Source: Eledone cirrhosa | Lineage: Eukaryota | Direction: 5' to 3' | Assembly (NCBI GenBank): GCA_964016885.1 | Contig: OZ024741.1 | Location: 366,482,001 to 366,546,000, forward strand | Length of the DNA: 64,000 nt | In this document: in pieces, positions 23,314-38,600 of the stretch | How the letters are laid out: every line of letters starts with the position of its first letter | How positions within the stretch are numbered: the first letter of the stretch is position 1 | Notes under the pieces: generated by a model | What the model saw: the letters and a program-made list of their open reading frames with translations, nothing else | What the model was told of the DNA's origin: nothing | Database searches by the model: none | Made by a program: the position numbers and the translations under genes

Positions 23314-24874
23314 TTAAAGAAGAAAAGGATATTTCATTTGTTGTTGTTTATCCCTAGCTCAGCGTTGGTTGAGCAAACGTATGATGAAAAACGTTCCAGC
23401 CGTAGCAAACCCATTTTCCTATATACATAGAACTACATTCTACATGTCCTATGTGTTCTTCCCTTTTTTTCAAACGGTTGGAGTGAATTTAAGGAATTTG
23501 ATTGCTGTTTCTATGGAATGAAACCACCGCATTAAAGCTTTGTTGAGATTTTAAGGGCAAAGAAACGGAGAAAATTAGGCATACTTGATTTTTTTATTTA
23601 CTACTTAATCAGGACGAGAAGGACAATACCAATTAAATTTTACTTTTTCGAGGCCTCCAAGACTAGTGAGAAGGGAAAGAGCTCTCTTTAACTTGAATAC
23701 TTCGTCCTAAAGTTTGGAACGGAGTGTATTTGATCAAGGCTTTCAATCACCAGGTGGTGGTATTAAACAGAGAAACAGATTAATTAAGGCGGATGAGGTT
23801 CCATTGCTAAACCAACATATTACATTGTGAAAACACATGACTTACGGGTTAGTGTGTTTGGTTCAGGATCGAAAAATTATAAGATTCCTGATTTGACATT
23901 GCCCAGGAATCGGACTCATAACATTAAGATCGTGATCACAATATTCTAACACCTACACCATGCACCTTCTTAATTATTTAATTAGTACCTTATTTTTTCG
24001 GCCCCGGAATGATAAAAAGCATATTTGATATCGGTGTGATTTTGGGACTTATTAGCATGTCACAGGGTTAAAATCCAACTAATACTGGTATTCATTTTGC
24101 CCGGGAGCTGGAGCAACATGAAATAAAAGTGTCTTGGTAAAGGTCAAAACGTGTCTCACTGTCCGGGAATCAAACTCACAACATTACGATCGTAAGATGC
24201 TTACTCTAGCCTTAAAGCCGTGGGCCTTTCAAATTACCTCAGGCCGTAAAGAGCTGAAACAAAGAGCACAAAATAATTAGCCCGACGTTCTAACAATTCT
24301 GCCAATTCACCTCGCGCATCTTATTAGCGTAAATAATGGTTGCTAATTTAGGTATAAGCCAAACAATTTGGAGGGAAGGGGAAAATCAATTATTTCTACC
24401 TCTATAATCTAGAGCTACTTTATTATATCGATTCCAGAAGGATTAAAGACAAAGTTGAACTCGGTTGGATTTAAATCAAATCGTAAAGAGCTGGAACAAT
24501 AGCCCAAACTAATTTGTCCGTTGCTCTACCAATCTGCCAACCCACCTCCCTTATTTTAGTATCATAAATTATGAAACGCTTTTAACTAATTAAGCAGGAG
24601 TCAGTTTCAATTGAAATCCCAGCCATTCAACGCTGCGTAATTGTAGGAGCTTTCACACTGGGCTTAAGGTTCTTTTGTTCTTTTACTGGTTTCAGTAATT
24701 TGACTGCGGACATGTTATGACACCCTTCTGAACGGATTTAGTCAATTGATCATATCGATTTCAGTATTTATGTTTACAAGTCTGGCACGTATTGATCTAT
24801 TTTTGTCGAACCACTAAGTGACAGAATATAGAAGTAAGGGTAAATACATACACACACACACACACACACACATA

Positions 24875-24972
<98 letters not shown>

Positions 24973-24979
24973 AACGCTG

Positions 24980-25279
<300 letters not shown>

Positions 25280-26218
25280 AGTGTGTGTGTGTAAATAAAC
25301 AAATAGGACAATCAAATACATAAATCCGGACGTAGATACACCTAGAATAAACACAAAGTAATCACTGAATGTCCCTATATGTAAATAACACACTCCCAAA
25401 ACAAACCCAACAATAAATAAAACACCCAGTGGATAAGACCATCGAACGCCAAAGTTGTAACTAATACACTAAAAGAAAGCCAATTACAAACTAAATGTCT
25501 ATACTAAATCCAAAACATCCTCTATAATTCCTACCTCAGACATCATCCATATTTCTTGACTCATACTCTGTGAACCCAACCACCATGCCGCTATGGAGGA
25601 GACATACTTTTTCAAGGTACATCTGTCACATTACGCAGTTTCTGTTTAAGAATAAACAATAAACAATATTTATTATCTGCAGTGACTAATATTTTACACA
25701 AACTAGACCCATTATTGTGGCTAACAGATATAATTATTTCAACGCTAGAGCGCTATCCCTCCTGACAAACTGACATCTCTGTTCCAAAGAACCCCATCCT
25801 AAAATATTTGAAATTTCAAATACTTATTAAGTGCATAAAACATAACTTTTTTTGAAAAACTTAATGCGAAAGCCAAAACCAGAAGAAAATGTGGAAAGAG
25901 ATAAAACAGAGACACAAATCTCCTATACTTGACCAACAGTGAAAAGTCTCAAAGCTAAAAATTATCGAGGTTAACCTAGGTAAATTATTAAACAATACAT
26001 GTCTAAATACAAATTCCTAACTAAAAAAGACAACCCAAAACGATTCGAAAGGCTAACTAAATAATTAAATAGACTTGTATAAATGAAATAAACATTAAAA
26101 TTAATCCTAAACTTTTAAGCTGGACAAAGATAAAGAATCTAAAGAGATTAAGAAAGAAATACATACATGAAACCAAATGAATTAAAATAAGTCTGTTAAA
26201 CAATTTAACCAAATTATA

Positions 26219-26309
<91 letters not shown>

Positions 26310-26415
26310 GTAGCTAAGATGCTTCCATAGGCGGTATGCCGGTTGAGCACTCTATGCCCTACGGAGCAGAGTATGATAGAATGGAAAACGAAGATATGCT
26401 CCGAAATCAATAGAC

Positions 26416-26503
26416 GTGTCCGAGGAACCTGTGAATTCAGAGTCAGGTCGATCCACACACAGATCGCACCTCGAGCTGTTCGCCGGGGAAACAATTGTAA
26501 CAC
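26416..26503 (+). ncRNA. Hammerhead-like motif, U4C core, extended stem II
   Basis: GTGT-CCGAGGA-(~60 nt)-GAAAC AATT GTA-ACAC, with palindromic stem III ACAATTGT. Confidence 0.5.
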
Positions 26504-26543
26504 AATAAATTGAGTTCCGATGTATCACTCATTTTTCGTTTTC

Positions 26544-26672
<129 letters not shown>

Positions 26673-26840
26673 CCGTATTTCCCAGCGCCGAAGACGCTTC
26701 GTCCTCGAGGATGCACCCTAATTTTGACAACCAAAAGTTTGAAATAAAATAATAAACAATCTTCAGCCTCCAGGACGCACGGTAGATTTTTTAGACTTAC
26801 TTTTGGGAAAAAGTAGCGTCTTCGATGCCGGGAAATACGG
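26673..26840. mobile_element. Tc1/mariner (pogo-like) MITE
   Basis: TIRs CCGTATTTCCCAGCGCCGAAGACGCT / AGCGTCTTCGATGCCGGGAAATACGG with TA flanks. Confidence 0.8.
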
Positions 26841-26943
<103 letters not shown>

Positions 26944-27438
26944 GTGTGTGTATATGTGTGTGTGTGTGTTTGCATGCATGTATGTATGCATGGACGTAGG
27001 AATATATGTGTGTATATGTATATGCATGTACATGACCGTGCGTGTATTTACGTCTGCATTACTAATTCACGTTGATAGACCAGGGGTTGTGAAACTTACC
27101 AGTTCCACAAAGAGTGATCAATAAACTGTGGTTGATGTGGCTTAACCTTTAAAGGCGGTGCTCCAGTATGGTCGGAGCCCAATAACTGAAACCGACAAAA
27201 TGAAAGACGAATGCCAGTCAGTCATTTCTCTTCTACTGATTAACAATATGTTTAATTAACTGATTTATAGACGATAATTAAATTGATTGATAGACTATAT
27301 AATTAAGTGCATGCTACCATACTAAAGGTGATGAACCGAAAATAATGTTTTATCAATTAAAATTATAAACGTAATGAGTAAAAATATCATTAGCGTTAAT
27401 GAAAAGAGAAAGAAAAAGAGCAAGAAAGATAACTCCAG

Positions 27439-27507
<69 letters not shown>

Positions 27508-27554
27508 ACATCGTCATATGAGTGATACATCGTCAGCAGGGTTCTCCAAAACAC

Positions 27555-28415
27555 AATAGAACCTTCTGTGTTCAGGGAACGTGAGGTCGCCTGTGAGACG
27601 TGGGACAAGCTGGAACTTAGCCCGGTAGACGTCCATCCTCCTCCTTCTCCCCCTGCTGACGTCAAAGAGTATGAGATGCCCTCCAGTGCAGCCTGGCCTC
27701 AAACAGGCTCACGCGCCAGCTCGACCAGCACCGCCTTGCCTGTTTTCGTGCTTTTTTCCACACCCCACAGTGGTGCCTGGCTCCATGCCTTGCCCTCCTT
27801 CTCGACTGGCACGCAGCTGGATAACGATAGCCTGCTTTTCCTTGAGGTTTGGACCTGCGAGCCACATAAATATCATTGCGGATCCACCGTGGACTCTTTC
27901 GGCCTCCGCCCGCTTTCCTGTCCCCACAGTGCCGGCCGCCTTCCACGCCATGCTGCACTCAACGAGGTCATTAAGCTACGCTTGGACGCTGCAGGCTTCC
28001 CCTCCCAGATCGAGCCGGTGAGGCTTGGCCGAGGGGATAGCAAAAGGCCAGACGGTATGACCATCTTCCCGTTCCGCAGTGGCAAACCCTTCGTCTGAGA
28101 TGCCACTTGCAGCGACACTTTCTCCAGCCGCAACCTGGTGCAGTCTGCGACTAACCCAGGTACTGCTGCACGTCGGGCTGAGGAGGCTAAACTCTCCAAG
28201 TACCGGTCGCTCTCCGACAGGTTCGCGGTCTTGCCCTTGGCAGTGGAGACTTCTGGTGTCCTTGGCCCTAGGGCTACCTCCCTATTCCCCACCATAGGCG
28301 CTGAGCTGGCCAGCCGCATCTGTGAGCCTCGCAAGATGGAATGCCTCTTCCAGCGCATCTCCCTTACCATCCTCCGGGGAAACGCCTTCTCCATCCTGTC
28401 TGCCGACAAAATAAT
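27555..28415 (+). mobile_element. CRE-clade non-LTR retrotransposon 3' fragment (Zn finger + RLE), pseudogenised
   Basis: GC-rich island translating to SGAWLHALP..C..CG..G..LSC..RHAALNEVI..EP..RPDG..*DATC..AE..KLSKY..PLAVETSG..FQRISLTILRGNA; one in-frame stop; followed by (TATG)n. Confidence 0.8.
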
Positions 28416-28959
28416 TATGCATGTATGTATGTATGTATGTATGTATGTATGTATGTATGTATGTATGTATATGGCAAGTAAATCTGGTCTCCGGTGGCTG
28501 TGATAACAACTCAGGGCCTGTTTCTGTCTTATTCAACCTCCTTAGCGAAGCCTACTACAATTACAGCTGACAACGATCAAATTTAGAAAGTTCTTTGCCT
28601 TGTTCTCTTTTATTGGTAATTTTGATTATTTCTGTAATCTTGATTATTTCAGTTAATTAAAATATTGCAAGTTCTCTCCCTTGTTTCCTTTTGAAGTAAT
28701 TTTCATTGATGTCAATGATTATTATTCTCATTACAGTTATAATATCAACTGGTTAAAAATTCCTTTCAATTCACCACCGTTAATAGGGTAGCTTGTACTT
28801 AACTCTTATACGTATATTGTTTATGAAGAAGAGGCCCATGAGAAATTTCCCAATGACATGACTCATAGAGTACCTAACTAACTAACTGTATTGCAGTTTG
28901 ATTAATTATCTGATGTACCGCGTATCAGGCTGATTGGTAGAGTTAGAATATTGGTTGGT

Positions 28960-28975
28960 TTGTTAGTTAGTTAGC

Positions 28976-29041
<66 letters not shown>

Positions 29042-29880
29042 ATTGTTTGGTTGGCTGGTTAGTTGGTTGGTTGGTTGGCTGATTGGTCAGTTGGTCGGTT
29101 GCTTGGCTGGTTGTTGGCTGGCTGGTTAGTTGGTTGGTTTGTTGGCTAGTTGGTTAGGTATTTGGTTGGATGGATAGTTGGTTGGCTGTTTGGTTGGTTG
29201 GCTGGCTGGTTGGCTGTTTGGTTGGTTGGTTGGATGGTTGGTTGGTTGGTTGGTTGGTTGGTTGGTTGGTTGGTTGGTTGGTTGGTTGGTTGGTTGGTTG
29301 GTTGGTTGGTTGGTTGGTTGGTTGGTTGGTTGGTTGGTTGGTTGGTTGGTTGACTGGTTGGTTGGTTGGTTGGCTGGTTGGCTGGTTGGTTGGCTGGTTG
29401 GTTGTTTGGATGGTTGGTTGGTTCGTTGGTTCGCTGGTTCGTTGGTTGGCTGGTTGGTTGGTTTGTTGGTTGGTTGGTTGGTTGGCTGGTTGGTTGGCTG
29501 GTTGTTTGTTTGGTTGGTTGGTTGGTTGGCTGGTTGGTCGGTTGGTTGGTTTGTTGGTTGGCTGCTCGGTTGGTTGGTTTGTTGGTTGGCTGCTCGGTTG
29601 TTTGACTGGCTGGTTGGCTGGCAGGCTGGTTGGATGGCTGGTTGGCTGGCTGGATGGTTGGCTGGTTGGTCGGATGGTTGGTTTGTTGGTTGATTGTTTG
29701 GCTGCATGGCTGGATGGCTGCCTAAGCTTTCTTGACATTGGCTAGCTAGTTGGTCAATCGGTTGGTTGGCGGAATATTTGGCTGGCTGCTTAGCTGGTAG
29801 GTTAACTGCTCGATTGGTTGGTCAAACGTTTGACTGATTGGTTGGCTGGCTGGTTGGCTGGTTGGTTTGTTGGCTGGTAT
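28960..29880. repeat. (TTAG)n grading into a degenerate (TTGG)n tract
   Basis: Direct reading; source of the GWLV/QPTN ORFs. Confidence 0.95.
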
Positions 29881-29974
29881 CCAATTGTAAACTTTGTCGG
29901 CGGGGGTTTTATAACTGATGTAGAAACTTTTAGAACCTCTCTAAAAGGTTGTTAAGATTATGAGGAGATTTATA

Positions 29975-29999
29975 GTGGTGGTGGTGGTGGTGGTGGTGC

Positions 30000-30035
<36 letters not shown>

Positions 30036-30187
30036 AAGAAGAAGAAGAAGAAGAAGAAGAAGAAGAAGAAGAAGAAGAAGAAGAAGAAGAAGAAGAAGAA
30101 GAAGAAGAAGAAGAAGAAGAAGAAGAAGAAGAAGAAGAAGAAGAAGAAGAAGAAGAAGAAGAAGAAGAAGAAGAAGAAGAAGAAGAA
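29975..30187. repeat. Compound (GGT)n(AGT)n(GAA)n microsatellite
   Basis: Direct reading. Confidence 0.97.
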
Positions 30188-30295
30188 TGTATATATATAC
30201 ATACAGATTGCAAGTTCCATCTGTCAGTGCCGTCTTCACTTGCAGAAACCCATTGGGTCCGGGACAGTACCACATGCAACTGCTCCTACTACTCT

Positions 30296-30327
<32 letters not shown>

Positions 30328-30339
30328 TTAACCTTGTCG

Positions 30340-30515
30340 GTGGATTGGCAGTATTGGTAGAGGGTCAGACGCCATGCTTTGCAGCAAAGAGTTATGGCCC
30401 TTTATGGTCTGAGTTCAAATCCCGCCGAAGTTAACTTTTCTATTCATCCTTACGGAGTCGATAAAATAAAGTACCAGTAATAAACTGCTGGCCCTGTGCC
30501 AAAAATAGAAACAAT
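30340..30515 (+). mobile_element. tRNA-derived SINE (same family; further copies at ~34640-34830, 44070-44170, 45010-45190, 48315-48490, 62805-62975)
   Basis: A-box-like TGGCAGTATTGG, B-box GTTCAAATCC and the conserved body motif. Confidence 0.75.
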
Positions 30516-30529
30516 TATTAATCTTGTCA

Positions 30530-31370
30530 TTTCACTACTGCTGGTAGTCCAGAACCTTTCTCAGTATTCAAGCTGTTCACTGGAGAACTGACTTCTGAAG
30601 CGGTTCAATTTCTTCTGCAAAGTTTATTTTCGACATGTAGTTTTCAAGGTTCTTTGTCACTATGTCAAAAGTATCAATTACAACTGAGACAATGGTTACT
30701 GTCTTCACTTCATTACTCCAGCATTTCAAGATCTCATATTTTAAGTCAGTATAAGCCCCTATTTTCTTCACTTTTCGTTCAATTCTGGTGTTAAAACGAC
30801 ACGCTACATCTATAAGGGTACAGTTTCTTTCCTTCTCAGTTACAATATCTGGTCTACTGTGTTCAATCTTCATCTCGGTCTGAATTGGGAAGTCTCATTA
30901 ACTTATCGTTCTCTAGCACGTTCATCTCATTTGTGACACCATGTTCGTAGCTTTTCTGCATACTTTTTACACAAGCTCCAGTGCAACACGGTAGCCACCT
31001 TATCATGTCTACCTGTTTCTATAATCATTCTGTGCTAACTGCTTACGCTCTGAAACGATATGAACAACTGTCTCTGCTTTCTCCCCACAGTTTGAACATC
31101 TTTCTTGTCTATGTTTTCATTACCCACCTTGTTCTTATGACTTGAATCTTGTGCTGCTAATATCCCCTTCCGTTTCTTTCTTACTGTATCCTTTTTGTAA
31201 CCAGAACCAAGTATTTTTGTTATCACACACGTTTCTTGTTTCCTTAAAGAATGCTGGATACTGGAGCTTTGCATGAAATGCTTTTTCCGCTCTTCAGCAA
31301 TCGAAGTCTTTGTGTTTTCTGAGACTCCATTTTCTTCAAATATGCCTCCGCTAACATTTGTTTGTCCTTG
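30530..31370 (-). mobile_element. Degraded R4/Dong-like LINE 3' fragment
   Basis: ILAAQD..., HSRPDIV..CTLIDVAC..K..Y.DLKYEI...W..LQKSVL, with many frameshifts. Confidence 0.75.
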
Positions 31371-31670
31371 GTGTTATCGGCCTGGCCGACACAATTTGAC
31401 ATGCAGGCTGTTCCGCTGATAGAATAAATGGAATACTGAATTGTCAGAATCGACGGAGGTCCAACAGGCAGACACATTCGCGCCGCATAGCCACCTGCAG
31501 GTTAATTTTACGAGCATGCTATTTTGGTGATCGATCAATTAGAATACTCGTCGACGCACCTACACATGTACACATTCACACACACACACACATAGACATA
31601 GACATACATATATACACGCACACGCACTCGTACATACACATGAGCACTCAAGTTATTTTCACATGCAAAG

Positions 31671-31830
<160 letters not shown>

Positions 31831-32143
31831 CGGCAAAACCTCTCTCAAATCGTACCCTGCCATTTTAGAAAAGGAAGGTCAAACTGGACATTGTAGGAAC
31901 ACTCGTCATCGGAACCTACAGAGATTCAACACACATACACACATATACACACACACACTCACACACACACACACACACACACACATACGCACACACACAA
32001 ACATAGCCATATAACGGCAAAATATCTCTCAAATCATACCCTGCCATTTTAGTAAAGCAAGGACAGACTGGACATTGGACAATGTTGGAACACTCGTGTG
32101 CGCAACCTATAGAAGTTTAACAGAGAGAGAGAGAGAGAGAGAA

Positions 32144-32221
<78 letters not shown>

Positions 32222-32960
32222 ACACGCACACACACACAAATACACACACAAATACATACACAAACACCCCTGGTTTATGTGTAATAAATTCGATAACAAT
32301 TGAATTAATACGAGTAGACAAGACAGAAAAGGCCTAGGAAAATTAATGAGATCATTTAACGTAGACCAACATCAGGGCTTCTTTGACATGTTGTAGTCAT
32401 CACAGACTCTAAGTGAAAGAGGACTAATGCAATTACCAAAGAAAAAGAAAGAAAATGCTATAAAAGACAGCAGAAGTTAGACGTCGTAATACTTGAGTAC
32501 ATACATAAGAGGCTAGAGGAAACAGCAGAAAGTTATTACAAATAGTTCAGGAACACGGCAAACATAAAAGGACGTATCCAATTTTCAATATAGATCGTAG
32601 ATAGAATAAAGACCATCAGCAACAACAGCAGCAATAGTAACACCAGTAGCAACAGCAACAGCAGCAGCAGCAGCAGCAACACTATCATCATCATCATCAT
32701 CATTATTGTTATGCTGACCATGGTCGACCCCCCCCCCACACACACACACACACACACTCACACCACCACCACCACCACCACCACCCACCACCACCCACCA
32801 CCACCATCATTACATCGTCATTACCATCACAACCAGCCTCACACCGACCCCACACACCCACCCACTGCCAGCCCACCACCAGAATCGTTATATTTTTCAT
32901 CGTATCGTTCTTGATCATCACCATCAATCATTATTATATTCCTGCAAGTCCCCGGGCATG

Positions 32961-33032
<72 letters not shown>

Positions 33033-33033
33033 C

Positions 33034-33073
<40 letters not shown>

Positions 33074-33134
33074 GTATATGTGTATATATATATATATATT
33101 ATATACACATACATATATATTATATACACATACA

Positions 33135-33168
<34 letters not shown>

Positions 33169-33326
33169 CATATATACATACATATATAAATACATATATA
33201 CATATATACATATCACGCCAATGTATCCTTAGTTCATTGTAGTTGCTACCATTGTATGAAAAGAAATATAGATAATATATATATTTGTGTGTGTGTGTGT
33301 GTGTGTATGTGTGTGTGTGTGTGTGT

Positions 33327-33380
<54 letters not shown>

Positions 33381-33436
33381 GCGTGTGTGTGTGTGCATGT
33401 GTGTGCATATGTGCGTTTGTGCATATGTGTTTGTTC

Positions 33437-33486
<50 letters not shown>

Positions 33487-33969
33487 ATGTGTGTGCATAT
33501 GTGCGTTTGTGCATATGTGCTTGTGCATATGTGTTTGTGCATATGTGTGTGTGTGTGTGTACGAATGTTAAACAATAACATTTCCTTCATCTTCAATTCC
33601 ACCCTCCTAAATAATATCTGAGATGTAATATCAGTATGTGCTATAAGTTTAATATAATAATATTTCACCATTGATGGACTTCCGTCAGTTTCGACGATGA
33701 ATGGTCCAGTTGTTCGATCAGTGGAACAGCCTGCACGTAAGATTGAAGTACGAATGACTGAGCATTACACAGACATATTTAATCTACACGTAATTCTCAG
33801 GGAGACTCAAAGTAACACAGTCTGTGACAAGGTTACACAACAACAACAATAATAGCATCTCAACTGTATCGAGGACTCTGCTACAATTGTCTAATGCTTC
33901 CGTCATTCTTACTAAAACTAATATGCAAATATATATTGTGGAGCTTATACTCAACACGTTATTTGTTGA

Positions 33970-34014
33970 GCTCTGATGATTCCTGCCTAAAGGTGAGGAT
34001 GAAACGTTGTTAGT
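33970..34014 (+). ncRNA. Hammerhead ribozyme motif
   Basis: GCT-CTGATGA-t TCCT..AGGA t-GAAAC GTT GTT-AGT. Confidence 0.5.
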
Positions 34015-34087
34015 GAATAAAGACTGTTTGAGTATGTAAGCGTTCTTTGGTTTCTTTTGCATATATATGTGTGTGTGTGTTAATTTT

Positions 34088-34148
34088 AATCTGATGATTG
34101 AACTAGACGTATGTTAATATTGTCTAAGGTCCTGAAACCTTTGGTAAT
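34088..34148 (+). ncRNA. Second hammerhead-like motif (weak stem I)
   Basis: CTGATGA..TAGAC/GTCTA..GAAACC ttt GGTA. Confidence 0.35.
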
Positions 34149-34208
34149 GGAGTAGTTATATATTGTGTTGTTCACTTTCTAATTAAATAAATATATATAT
34201 GTGTCTGT

Positions 34209-34338
<130 letters not shown>

Positions 34339-35159
34339 GCGTGTGTGTAATAAGAATTTACTGATCGATACAATATTCTAATACATAGCGGCATCGAATA
34401 TTATCTCCATTCCTGCCGCTCACAGAACAACGGGATGGATACTGAAATTAGAGCGAACTCTTTACGATATAGTCATGAGGCGATGATACCCAAATAGAAC
34501 ATATAAGAGCGAATAAGAAATTCACGGAATTCAACATATTAACTTTTAAAAAACTTACATTTGATTCGCCTGGACAGCGCGGTTTTAATGCTGTCTACTT
34601 GCAAATATTAAACATCCCTAATAATCATATGAGATGAAATAATTGTTTCTACTTTTGGCACAAAGACAGCAATTATCCCAGTGCATTACTGGTGCTGTAT
34701 TTTATCGACCACATAGAGATGAAAGGCAAAGTTAACCTTGGTGGGATTTGAACTGAGACCGTAAAGGGTCGTAAGTCTATGCTGCAAAGCATAACGTCCG
34801 ACCCTCTACCGATGCTGCCAATCCCCCACCCATATAAAATGTAATAATAAGACTTAGCAAGAATCTTGTCAGCGTGGATAGTCTTAAAAACAAGCTACCG
34901 AAAGTCCTAACTCTTCTCCGTAGAAAAGCAAAGCCAGCGGTGGCATTGCGTGTGCGCTTTGTGAAGGTAATCACTATATTGTTACACTACCACGACGGAC
35001 AAGCTTGCGAGGGGAAATTGGTGACAAGATGCTAAAAATAGAACTACTTCTCCCGACCAACAAAGCACTCAACATCCATTCAATCAGATTATCGGTAGTA
35101 AAGCAAAATATGATAGTAATTTACAGATCGATACAATATATATGTATATATATATAAAG

Positions 35160-35465
35160 GGTAAATACCGCCTTCGGTCACGAGTGATCATGTGATTTGA
35201 ACCTAGAAGGTTGCCCTCAGAGGCACAAGTCCGAGCAAGGTTTGCCCATGCATACCAGTTTCTCCTCTCCACGCCACCGATGTTGTCCAAGGGAAAGGCA
35301 ATGGCCGATAGAGCTTGGCACCACTGATGTCACAACTCATTTCTACAGCTGAGTGAACTGAACCAATGTGAAATAAAGTGTCTTGCTCAACACACAGCCG
35401 GGTCCTGAAATCGAACTCACAACTTCTCAATTGGTAGCCCAACGCTCTAACCACTAAGCCATGTG
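35160..35465 (-). mobile_element. tRNA-headed CORE-like SINE
   Basis: Reverse complement: GGCTTAGTGGTTAGAGCG..GTTCGATTTC..TTGAGCAAGACACTT..CTCAGCTGTAGAAATG. Similar heads at ~48548 and ~56050. Confidence 0.65.
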
Positions 35466-35699
35466 ATGTTGATGGACGTGAGAATGAGTACTCAGTACCT
35501 AATTAGAGTTTAACTTTTTTTATTATGGCTAAGTAATGAGTCCTATTACTCTGGAGTTTCACCTGTGTACTCACAGGATCATCATGCAAGACTACACCAA
35601 CTACACTCCTACACAGGTGAGGCTCAAGATTAATAACACTCATCACTTAGGTATAATACAGAGTATTCTTATAATTTGGTAGAGTCATGCTGCCAATAA

Positions 35700-38600
35700 A
35701 AAACACACGCCACCACTACTTTCACCACCGCAACAATAACAGCCATCACGACCACCAACACTACAACCAAAACCATATCCACATCCAAAACCACCACAAC
35801 CAATACTACCCCAAACGAAACCGACAAAAACTTGAAAATTACCACAAACACCAACACCACCACAACCAAAACTACCACAAACACCAACACCACCACAACC
35901 AAAACTACCACAAAAATGAACACCACACACAACCAAAACTACTACAAACACCATCACCACCACAACCAAAACTACCACAGCCAACACTATCACAACCAAA
36001 ACTACCACAAACCCCAACACCACCACTACAACCAAAACTACCACAGCCAACACTAACACAACCAAAACTACCACAAACACCAACACCACCACAACCAAAA
36101 CTACCATAAACACAAACACCACCACAACCAAAACTACCACAGCCAACACTACCACGACCAACACTACCACAAACACCAACACCACCACAACCATCAACAC
36201 CACCACAACCAAAACTACCACAAACACCAACACCACCACAACCAAAACTACCATAACCACTATCACTACCACAAATAAAACCACCACGGCCAACACTTCC
36301 GCAACAAAAAACACCACAAACATCAACACCACCACAACCAAAACTACCACAGCCAACACTACTGCCACAAAAATCACCACAGCCAACACCACCACAACAA
36401 AAACTACCACAAACCCCAACACCACCACCACAACCCAAACCACCACAAACACCAACACCACCACAAATAAAACTACCACAAACACCAACACCACTACCAC
36501 AACCAAAACTACCACAAACACCACTTCCACAAATAAAACTACCACAAACACCAACACCACCTCCACAAATAAAACTACCACAAACATCAACACCACCACA
36601 ACCAACACTATCACAAACACAAACAAAACTTCCACAAATAAAACCACTATAAAGACTAACACTACCACAACCAAAACTACCACAAACACCAACACCACTT
36701 CCACAAATAAAACTACCACAAACATCAACATCACCACAACCAAAACTACCACAAACACTAACACCACTTCCACAACCAAAACTACCACAAACATCAACAC
36801 CACCACAACCAAAACTACCACAAACACCAACACCACTTCCACAAATAAAACTACCACAAACACCAACACCACCTCCACAAATAAAACTACCACAAACATC
36901 AACACCACCACAACCAACACTATCACAAACACAAACAAAACTTCCACAAATAAAACCACTATAAAGACTAACACTACCACAACCAAAACTACCACAAACA
37001 CCAACACCACTTCCACAAATAAAACTACCACAAACATCAACATCACCACAACCAAAACTACCACAAACACCAACACCACTTCCACAATCAAAACTACCAC
37101 AAACATCAACACCACCACAACCAAAACTACCACAAACACCAACACCACTTCCACAAATAAAACTACCACAAACATCAACACCACCAAAACCAAAACTACC
37201 ACAAACACCAACACCACTTCCACAAATAAAACTACCACAAACATCAACACCACCAAAACCAAAACTACCATAAACACCAACACCACTTCATCAAATAAAA
37301 CTAGCACAAACATCAACACCACCACAACCAAAACTACCACAAACACCAACACCACTTCCACAAATAAAACTACCACAAACATCAACATCACCACAACCAA
37401 AACTACCACAAACACCAACACCACTTCCACAATCAAAACTACCACAAACATCAACACCACCACAACCAAAACTACCACAAACACCAACACCACTTCCACA
37501 AATAAAACTACCACAAACATCAACACCACCAAAACCAAAACTACCATAAACACCAACACCACTTCATCAAATAAAACTAGCACAAACATCAACACCACCA
37601 CAACCAAAACTACCACAAACACCAACACCACTTCCCCAAATAAAACTACCACAAACATCAACAACACCACAACCAAAACTACCACAAACACCAACACCAC
37701 TTCCACAAATAAAACTACCACAAACATCAACACCACCACAACCAAAACTACCACAAACACCAACACCACTTCCACAAATAAAACTACCACAAACATCAAC
37801 AACACCACAACCAAAACTACCACAAACACCAACACCACTTCCACAAATAAAACTACCACAAACATCAACACCACCACAACCAAAACTACCACAAACATCA
37901 ACACCACTTCCACAAATAAAACTACCACAAACATCAACACCACCACAACCAAAACTACAACAAAAACCAACACCACTTCCCCAAATAAAACTACCACAAA
38001 CATCAACACCACTACAACCAAAACTACCACAAACATCAACACCACCACAACCAAAACTACCACAAACATCAACACCACTTCCACAAATAAAACTACCACA
38101 AACATCAACACCACCACAACCAAAACTACCACAAACATCAACACCACTTCCACAAATAAAACTACCACAAACATCAACACCACCACAACCAAAACTACCA
38201 CAAACACCAACACCACTTCCCCAAATAAAACTACCACAAACATCAACACCACCACAACCAAAATTACCACAAACACCAACACCACTTCCACAAATAAAAC
38301 TACCACAAACATCAACACCACCACAACCAAAACTACCACAAACATCAACACCACTTCCACAAATAAAACTACCACAAACATCAACACCACCACAACCAAA
38401 ACTACCACAAACACCAACACCACTTCCCCAAATAAAACTACCACAAACATCAACACCACCACAACCAAAACTACCACAAACACCAACACCACTTCCCCAA
38501 ATAAAACTACCACAAACATCAACACCACCACAACCAAAACTATCACAAACACCAACACCACTTCCACAAATAAAACCACTATAAAGACTAACACTACCAC

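Noticed and set aside
25290-26220. Degraded PLE coding remnant upstream of the 26416 HHR module
   Set aside because: Suggestive position and composition, but no unambiguous RT or GIY-YIG motif could be read.
28960-29040. Telomeric repeat
   Set aside because: The unit is TTAG/TTGG, not TTAGGG or TTAGG.
37285-37570. In-frame TGA codons in the Cys/Gly frame as selenocysteine
   Set aside because: They occur as TGA-TGA pairs caused by a TCA-TCA unit variant, and no SECIS was recognised.
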